Shown here: piece after piece, positions 46,751-52,349 of the stretch
Layout: every line of letters begins with the position of its first letter
How positions within the stretch are numbered: position 1 is the stretch's first letter
Origin: a virus
Lineage: Duplodnaviria; Caudoviricetes
Virus record (IMG/VR): IMGVR_UViG_3300025018_000018
Location: 1 to 52,349 of that record
DNA: 52,349 bases
Direction: 5' to 3' (one strand)
Program-made: the position numbers and the translations under genes
Notes under the pieces: model-generated
Told to the model about the DNA's origin: nothing
What the model saw: only the letters and a program-made list of their open reading frames with translations
Database searches by the model: none

Positions 46751-46927
46751 TCAATCTTCTTTTGACTGTTGACGCAACCATTCGACATGCGCCTGCACTG
46801 CTTCTTCCGTCGTCTGCACATCCGTGTGATGCGTAAACCCGCAATCATGACATGAATTGATACAGTCCATCAGATCACGGTAAATCATCATACTGCCGCA
46901 CGCCGGACACGCCATGTAATCATCCAT
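46751..46927 (-). CDS. Small zinc-ribbon protein (58 aa, not in the ORF track)
   Basis: MDDYMACPACGS...SCHDCGF...QSKED-stop, translated by hand. Confidence 0.7.
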   Translation of the reverse strand: MDDYMACPACGSMMIYRDLMDCINSCHDCGFTHHTDVQTTEEAVQAHVEWLRQQSKED

Positions 46928-47183
46928 GGAAGAAAATACCTTTTATCACATCTTCCGGCGTGCCATCTGCCAAATGATCTGCAAATGTTCTAGGCTCTCC
47001 TGTCAGAAGATACCCATAGCTAACATCGTATATCACCATCATTTTTTCTTGAACAAATGACTCTGGGGTGCGATCCCCATTCTCAATATGTGCAAGCCTG
47101 CGCTGTTCGATTCCAATTAATTTTGCCGCCTGTGATTGGGAAAGACCTGCGCCTTCTCTGGCACGTGTAAACTGATTCTTCAT
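46920..47183 (-). CDS. XRE-family HTH regulator
   Basis: AREGAGLSQSQAAKLIGIEQRRLAHIENGDRTP...YDVSYGYLLTG. Confidence 0.9.
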   Translation of the reverse strand: MKNQFTRAREGAGLSQSQAAKLIGIEQRRLAHIENGDRTPESFVQEKMMVIYDVSYGYLLTGEPRTFADHLADGTPEDVIKGIFFHG

Positions 47184-47186
47184 TGT

Positions 47187-47576
47187 CTAATCCTCATCTT
47201 TCCACAGCGTACTAATATCATGTGTTTCACCATCGAGAACCTGTCCCCAGGATTTTGCAAAACTAATAATAGTAGGATTATCCCAAAACGGCTCCGTCAT
47301 CAGATCAAACGCCTCATGTTTCACCTCGGCTTTGACCGTAACACCCGCTTTCTCGCCACCAAGCCGCCGGATTTTCGCCTTACTCTTACCGCTTTTGGTA
47401 CGGCGATCCAGCCACGCCCGACAATCCTCAAATGGATCGTCCAGGCGTGCATCCAGCTTGGTAATCCAGTCCTTCGCCTTTGGATGATCTACGCCGCGCA
47501 GGAGTTGACGCGCCTCTCTGTATCGCTTCTGTTGGATAAGCTCACGCGCCCGTGCCATCTTGCTATCGTCAGACAT
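47187..47576 (-). CDS. Hypothetical protein
   Basis: RBS AGGAG; N-terminal helical hairpin ARELIQQKRYREARQLL. Confidence 0.7.
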   Translation of the reverse strand: MSDDSKMARARELIQQKRYREARQLLRGVDHPKAKDWITKLDARLDDPFEDCRAWLDRRTKSGKSKAKIRRLGGEKAGVTVKAEVKHEAFDLMTEPFWDNPTIISFAKSWGQVLDGETHDISTLWKDED

Positions 47577-47603
47577 AGTTTATACTCCTATAGAAATTAC
47601 TCT

Positions 47604-47634
47604 ATTCTAGTTTGCAGTTTAGAACAATCGTGCT
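47604..47634 (-). promoter_or_regulatory. Promoter with LexA-type box
   Basis: AGAAC-AATC-GTGCT at 47621-47634; TAGAAT -10 on - at 47609-47604. Confidence 0.6.
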
Positions 47635-47664
47635 ACATTTTATATAACAAAATTGAAATACGGG

Positions 47665-47910
47665 TTATTGCTCGATGCTATCCAAATACAGCAGGTCACT
47701 AATATCACATGGAACCCAGTTGCATAGCGCAACAATCACATCACTATGCACGTGCTTAATCTCGTTCGCAGGTGACATCCAAGTACCAACCGTGTTAGGA
47801 GATAAGCCTGTTGCCTGTGCAATCTCCCTATTGGTAATGTTCCGTTTTTCGTTCATCCCCTTCTGGGCAACCAGGATTTGTAATGCTGATCTGACGACAG
47901 TTTTACTCAT
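47665..47910 (-). CDS. Cro/C1-type HTH regulator (no peptidase domain)
   Basis: ITNREIAQATGLSPNTVGTWM...ALCNWVPCDISDLL. Confidence 0.85.
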   Translation of the reverse strand: MSKTVVRSALQILVAQKGMNEKRNITNREIAQATGLSPNTVGTWMSPANEIKHVHSDVIVALCNWVPCDISDLLYLDSIEQ

Positions 47911-47920
47911 CAGGTATCGC

Positions 47921-48139
47921 CTAATGCTTTGTGTCAGTTTCATCTTCATCAGTTGGATACACCTTCTTAATATCTTCCAACCGATCCATCAAATCTGGGC
48001 GATACCGTTTGAAAAGCTCTGCAAGCGCGTCGTTATCACTTACAGACTTGCCCGTTTCCATCTGGATTTCACCCGCGAATATGCGTACCAACCGACGAGT
48101 ATCTTCACTGGTTCTCATATACACGTTCTTTTCTCCCAT
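47921..48139 (-). CDS. Small putative DNA-binding protein (ribbon-helix-helix-like)
   Basis: KNVYMRTSEDTRRLVR...SDNDALAELF; RBS AGGAG. Confidence 0.55.
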   Translation of the reverse strand: MGEKNVYMRTSEDTRRLVRIFAGEIQMETGKSVSDNDALAELFKRYRPDLMDRLEDIKKVYPTDEDETDTKH

Positions 48140-48283
48140 ATTTATATCTCCTATTTATTATATCAAATGTTTGGTTTGACAAAATGTTTTCATATGCTAT
48201 ACTGTTAGATGTGTATAAGAAAATCACATTGTCGCCTCTTTATAAATAATAACACATAAAGAGCAGCACATTAACAACCGCAT

Positions 48284-48395
48284 TTCCGGCGCGTATGCCA
48301 AACATACCGATCCGCTAAGAACGGATAATCGCCCGCCGGAAGCCTCCATCAATTCCCCCTCACCGGAACCGTGGAGGGGGCTAGGGGGTGGGGGC
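48284..48395 (+). ncRNA. Candidate structured leader RNA
   Basis: TTCCGGCG/CGCCGGAA stem enclosing GTATG/CATAC and ATCCG/CGGAT hairpins; a second long GC hairpin follows. Confidence 0.45.
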
Positions 48396-48426
48396 ATCTA
48401 AAAAACTAATCACTCAGGATTTAACG

Positions 48427-48594
48427 ATGAACGATATTAACCAACTCAGAGAGCAAATTGAGGCATTACAGCTTCAACACGCAATAGCAAAAACCGCCGA
48501 AGCACGTAAAGCCTGCCTCGATCAAATCGAACAATTACAGAAGCAAGCACAGGAAATCTCATGGAAGAACTCAAGCAAGCGCACGCGCTCCTAA
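48427..48594 (+). CDS. Small coiled-coil protein
   Basis: RBS AGGA; heptad pattern. Confidence 0.6.
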   Translation: MNDINQLREQIEALQLQHAIAKTAEARKACLDQIEQLQKQAQEISWKNSSKRTRS

Positions 48595-48758
48595 GCGCAA
48601 ACGGTGTCCCAGAAGGGCAGTCACTCATCAGCCGCCTGCAATGGCTGCTGGACAAATCGGTCATTGTCGATTTCGACATTGAGACAGATACCATCCTCAC
48701 ATCATTGACCAACCTTGTAACGGAGCTTGACCACCATGTCACCACAACAACTCTTTGA
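48561..48758 (+). CDS. Hypothetical protein
   Basis: RBS AGGA. Confidence 0.6.
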   Translation: MEELKQAHALLSANGVPEGQSLISRLQWLLDKSVIVDFDIETDTILTSLTNLVTELDHHVTTTTL

Positions 48759-48948
48759 AGCCCGCACTTTTATCAAGAATCAGTTGAATTTTAACGACAT
48801 CCCCGTTGTAGATGTGCAACTCGTCGGCGAAGTCTGGCACGTGGAAACACCGTATCCAGTCATCCGTGATGACTTCGTGAAGAACGGCGTGCAAGTCATC
48901 GACTACCAATGCCTCACCGACGGTCACGTCGTCTACATTTGCAAGTAG
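48736..48948 (+). CDS. Hypothetical protein
   Basis: RBS GGAG. Confidence 0.6.
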   Translation: MSPQQLFEARTFIKNQLNFNDIPVVDVQLVGEVWHVETPYPVIRDDFVKNGVQVIDYQCLTDGHVVYICK

Positions 48949-49027
48949 TAGGTATTCCGTAGGACAAACGTTATTGAAACTATTAACCGGAAACGTTAGA
49001 ATGTAGTTTGTCCTGATGGTATAGCAC

Positions 49028-49055
49028 GTACAAACGTTCTAAATTGTTATACAAT
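49028..49055 (+). promoter_or_regulatory. LexA-type box plus -10 element
   Basis: GTAC-AAAC-GTTCT (1 mismatch); TACAAT at 49050-49055. Confidence 0.55.
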
Positions 49056-49074
49056 TGTTACGTAGGAGGAACGG

Positions 49075-49527
49075 ATGAACATACCAACAACCGGACCCGC
49101 GCTCAATCGCATGATGACACAGCATGGCATCCCGCCTGCAACCGCCATCACGAAGAAACGCGGCACATCACAGTTCACAATCGAATACACGAAATTTAAT
49201 CTCGCCGGGCACGCAGATGCACAGCATCAAACACCCGCCGCTGAGGATATTGCAGAAAAGTTGAAGCGCGCCTTCAATGGTGTGCAGATTATCGACACAC
49301 AGAATTATAAGGCTCACTGGATCGCAGATGCTCCGCGTTTTGGGACGCTCGTCCAGGTGGGGTGGGGCAACAACGATGCGGTAGCAGGACAATCGGTAAA
49401 CGTTTACCAGACAGACCCGATTGCCCCGCCGATCACGCCGCGCGCAAAGGAAGTGATGGTGAAGCCTAGCTTTCCCATCATGACCGCCCCATGTAGAGCA
49501 ATCATTCCATTTGTGCCACAGAAATAA
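49075..49527 (+). CDS. Hypothetical protein
   Basis: RBS AGGAGG. Confidence 0.75.
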   Translation: MNIPTTGPALNRMMTQHGIPPATAITKKRGTSQFTIEYTKFNLAGHADAQHQTPAAEDIAEKLKRAFNGVQIIDTQNYKAHWIADAPRFGTLVQVGWGNNDAVAGQSVNVYQTDPIAPPITPRAKEVMVKPSFPIMTAPCRAIIPFVPQK

Positions 49528-49550
49528 AAAAAGCCCTCGCGATAGGGCTT
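49526..49550. terminator. Hairpin terminator (T-run on - strand)
   Basis: AAGCCCT-CGCGAT-AGGGCTT. Confidence 0.55.
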
Positions 49551-49601
49551 AAGGGTGGCTGGAATGTTTTGTCTCTATGCCGCCCTTGAGGAGATACTAA
49601 C

Positions 49602-49763
49602 ATGAATCAGAAAGTTTTACAAGCTAACTTTTCGCAATTAGCCGAATTGGGCTATATGCGCTATCCAAAACGCCGCAGCGGTGGTCGTAGCAGCATCCGG
49701 CAATCGTTAAAGAAATACGCGGCGGAATTAAACCGCAAACGAGGAGTCCGCCATGTCAACTGA
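49602..49763 (+). CDS. Small basic protein (53 aa, not in the ORF track)
   Basis: RBS GAGGAG; MNQKVLQANFSQLAELGYMRYPKRRSGGRSS..., translated by hand. Confidence 0.6.
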   Translation: MNQKVLQANFSQLAELGYMRYPKRRSGGRSSIRQSLKKYAAELNRKRGVRHVN

Positions 49764-51123
49764 TTTAGTAGTTGTTCCAAGCGTGTACGACATCAATGCT
49801 ACAATCGCTATCGAACGCGCCAAGACCTTTAAGAGCATCGTTTCTACCATGCGAAATGATGATGTGCTGGTAGAGAAAGTTGATTATGGCGTTATTCCAG
49901 GTACAGGCAATAAGCCAACACTTCTTAAGCCAGGTGCAGAACGCCTTTGTTCTGCCTTCGGGCTTGCACCAGATTATGAGTTGACATCCAAGCAGGAAAG
50001 TTGGGATCCAACCAAGCCACTATTCCACTATGAATATCGCTGCACACTCTATCATGTTGAAACAGGTAAGCGGATGGGCAGCGGCATTGGATCATGCAAT
50101 TCGATGGAATCGCGCTATCGCTGGCGGTGGGTCAAGGAAAATGCAGCTAAAGATATGGGCTTAGAGCCATCAACACTTATCAGCAAAAGCAATCAATGGG
50201 GTAAAACCTACCGCGTTGAAAATGACAGCATCTTTGATCTGGTCAATACCATTAGCAAGATCGCTCAAAAACGCGCCTTGATTGCTGCCGTACTTGTCAC
50301 CACCAACGCATCCGAATTTTTTACACAGGATGTAGAAGACCTTAAAGACTTCATCGTGGATGGTGAAATCGTTGAAGATGAACCTGCACCGCGCAAGCCT
50401 GCTGCCAAAAAGAATGACCCCAAACCACAGCAGCCCAAAGAAGCATGGCACACGCCAGAGAACATTGACAAGCTACTGCATTTCATCGGTGATAAGCTGC
50501 ATTTGTCACACGCAGAAATAATGGGGCTTGCAGGTGTCAAAGGCAAAGATGATGTAGAAGGATGGGGGAAATACGAATCTGGCAAGGCAGCAGGGGCAGC
50601 CATTGAAGCAGCTTTCAACGCTGTTTTGGATGTAGCACCTAAGCATCAACAACCCGCACCACAAGAACCGCCTGAAGAAGTGCAGCCCTGGCACGATGGG
50701 CTTGATCGTGACCTTTTAGAAGGCATGATCTTAGACAACTTCACCAAATTTTCGCCCGATGACTACAAAAAGGTCATCTGCGGCAAGGATGGCGACTGGT
50801 CAAAGTTCGGGTCACTCAACGCGGCACAGCAGGCAGTTATTGATTATGTGCTGAAAAGCAATCACCCAATCACAACCCAACTGGTGAAACGCCCACACAA
50901 CAACTATGTGGAGTTCCAGGCAGGACGCGGCACATTGAAGCCACGCCTCTATGGACGTGACCAACTGCGTAAGTTATTCCCAGATTTTGCAACAGAAATC
51001 GACGGATGGAAGGTCGGCAACGATCCCCACAAGCTAGATACCGCAATCCGCATCACCGAGTACAACGTCAAGGACAACTATATCGAAGTGGTGAAGATCG
51101 AAAGGATCGACATCCCTTTTTAG
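49753..51123 (+). CDS. Putative single-strand annealing recombinase
   Basis: DYGVIPGTGNKPTLLKPGAERLC, GIGSCNSMESRY, NTISKIAQKRALIAAVL, FFTQDVED; long low-complexity tail. Confidence 0.65.
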   Translation: MSTDLVVVPSVYDINATIAIERAKTFKSIVSTMRNDDVLVEKVDYGVIPGTGNKPTLLKPGAERLCSAFGLAPDYELTSKQESWDPTKPLFHYEYRCTLYHVETGKRMGSGIGSCNSMESRYRWRWVKENAAKDMGLEPSTLISKSNQWGKTYRVENDSIFDLVNTISKIAQKRALIAAVLVTTNASEFFTQDVEDLKDFIVDGEIVEDEPAPRKPAAKKNDPKPQQPKEAWHTPENIDKLLHFIGDKLHLSHAEIMGLAGVKGKDDVEGWGKYESGKAAGAAIEAAFNAVLDVAPKHQQPAPQEPPEEVQPWHDGLDRDLLEGMILDNFTKFSPDDYKKVICGKDGDWSKFGSLNAAQQAVIDYVLKSNHPITTQLVKRPHNNYVEFQAGRGTLKPRLYGRDQLRKLFPDFATEIDGWKVGNDPHKLDTAIRITEYNVKDNYIEVVKIERIDIPF

Positions 51124-51179
51124 AAAGCGATCCAGTCTCTGTCCACTCAGATGGACGGGGCGAGTTTCATAACCATCTC

Positions 51180-51485
51180 ATGCAAGTTAAGAAATTGGAT
51201 GTTGGCAAAAATGGTAACAACGCCAAACACTGGATCGCTAAAGGAACAGAGATGGAATATGTCAATCTATACGTTGAAGACTACAACGCCGCCAAACGTG
51301 CCGGATACGATGTCCGCCAGTGGGATTATCCCGATCCGCAGCTTGACTATGATCTGTACCTTTTGCTTCGGCACAATCACGGGTTGATCCGCGTCGAAGC
51401 AATCATGAAACCTGATGGCACATATGAGCCGGTCCTGCGTCGGGAAGATGTAAGACGACAAGTTGAGAAAGAGATGAAGAAATGA
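51180..51485 (+). CDS. Hypothetical protein
   Basis: ORF coupled to the next gene; start uncertain. Confidence 0.6.
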   Translation: MQVKKLDVGKNGNNAKHWIAKGTEMEYVNLYVEDYNAAKRAGYDVRQWDYPDPQLDYDLYLLLRHNHGLIRVEAIMKPDGTYEPVLRREDVRRQVEKEMKK

Positions 51486-52033
51486 CAGATTTATCAACCA
51501 TTCAGAATGAACTCGCCGCCGCGCTCCAAGAAGCAGAGCAGGCGAAGGCAGAATTTAACACCATTGAAACAGCCTACCAAGAGCAGCGCGAAGCCGCCCT
51601 GAAGGCATGGGAAGCCGCCAACTCGGAACTCGTCGCCAAGCGCGAAGCTGCTAAGGCGAAGGCTGACGAAGCAAACGAAAGCGCATCCAGCAAGCGCGAA
51701 GCGGCAAAGGAAGCACTCATCGAACACTGGGAATCCAATCCCGAAGACAAGAAGCCTGTCGATGGCTTCTCCCTGCGACTGGACAAGGACATCAACTTGG
51801 ATGCTTTGAGAATCAATGAAATTATTGCAGCAGGGGCGACCTTCCTTCTCAAAGTGGACGAGAAGGTGGCAAAGACCTTTATTGCCGATAACGCCGAGCA
51901 ACTAGCGGATAATTGGGTTATCAAGCCGCATCTGCGCTCCTGGATGCCATCCTTAGCGAACGCTATCAGCACCAAGCACACGCCCATGATTAGCGATGCA
52001 AAGCTGTTAAATATAAGTGTTGGCGAAGGTTAA
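51482..52033 (+). CDS. Coiled-coil protein, Gam/gp157-like
   Basis: Ala/Glu-rich N-terminal coiled coil then FLLKVDEK; sits next to the recombinase. Confidence 0.5.
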   Translation: MTDLSTIQNELAAALQEAEQAKAEFNTIETAYQEQREAALKAWEAANSELVAKREAAKAKADEANESASSKREAAKEALIEHWESNPEDKKPVDGFSLRLDKDINLDALRINEIIAAGATFLLKVDEKVAKTFIADNAEQLADNWVIKPHLRSWMPSLANAISTKHTPMISDAKLLNISVGEG

Positions 52034-52036
52034 TAT

Positions 52037-52064
52037 TTGCACAACTAGGGTGTTGTGCTATACT
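52037..52064 (+). promoter_or_regulatory. Predicted rep promoter overlapped by a palindrome
   Basis: TTGCAC-16 bp-TATACT with TG extension; GCACAAC-TAGGGT-GTTGTGC. Confidence 0.7.
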
Positions 52065-52079
52065 CTGAAAACGTCGCAT

Positions 52080-52156
52080 AAAGCAAAAGCCACCGGGGAA
52101 AACGGTGGCAGCGGCTAAATGTACGGTTTTCGGGGTGTGGGAACACCCTACGGGAT
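52080..52156 (-). ncRNA. Predicted antisense counter-transcript (about 75 nt) in the rep leader
   Basis: Minus-strand TTGACA(52191-52186)-17 bp-TAGTAT(52168-52163); terminator GCCACCG-N7-CGGTGGC-TTTTGCTTT. Confidence 0.6.
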
Positions 52157-52206
52157 GCCCTTATACTACCGTGTAAGGTTAGATGTGTCAATATACTCAT
52201 CTGATT

Positions 52207-52222
52207 TGGAACAATTGTTCCA
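52207..52222. promoter_or_regulatory. Perfect LexA-type box 27 bp upstream of the rep start codon
   Basis: TGGAAC-AATT-GTTCCA. Confidence 0.65.
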
Positions 52223-52349
52223 GCATCCCTCAATTAAAGCGAGGGATTATGTCAAAAATTAATGCACCAAAACCAGTTATCCAGAAAGAGGTAACGCCAA
52301 CCGTCACAGTCATCTTGCCGGAGTTGGCTGCCGAAATCGGTCTGAATGA
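52223..52349. repeat. Copy of bases 1-127
   Basis: Identical sequence. Confidence 0.95.

Noticed and set aside
47136-48208. + strand ORFs 47136..47702 and 47675..48208
   Set aside because: Antisense to clear HTH and other genes on the - strand
52045-52233. 62-aa minus-strand ORF in the rep leader
   Set aside because: No RBS, spans promoter elements; the region is better explained as regulatory RNA

Overview
The window is a complete, circularly assembled genome of about 52.2 kb from a siphovirus-like tailed phage. Bases 52223-52349 repeat bases 1-127, which I read as assembly overlap. The + strand carries a replication initiator with internal iterons, DnaB, an adenine and a cytosine DNA methyltransferase, RNase HI, a recombination module and many small hypothetical genes. 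The - strand carries a full HK97-type morphogenesis block: terminase, portal, minor head, fused protease-capsid, neck, tail tube, frameshifted chaperones, tape measure, tail tip/fibre and three membrane genes. I could not recognise an integrase, a self-cleaving CI repressor or an endolysin. Instead there are plasmid-maintenance parts: ParA with an LmbU-like partner, iterons, and a predicted antisense counter-transcript in a hairpin-rich rep leader. A series of GAAC-N4-GTTC (LexA-type SOS) boxes sits at the rep, terminase, tRNA-like and lysis-position promoters. The best overall reading (inference) is a phage-plasmid whose lytic switch is wired to the host LexA, possibly infecting Chloroflexota. 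Other oddities are a tRNA-like gene with a 9-nt anticodon loop, a kissing-loop RNA behind a degenerate NUMOD4-HNH gene, an extra domain fused in front of the protease-capsid polyprotein, two further operator regulons and one frameshift-split gene. All family assignments come from motif recognition by eye; no searches were run.
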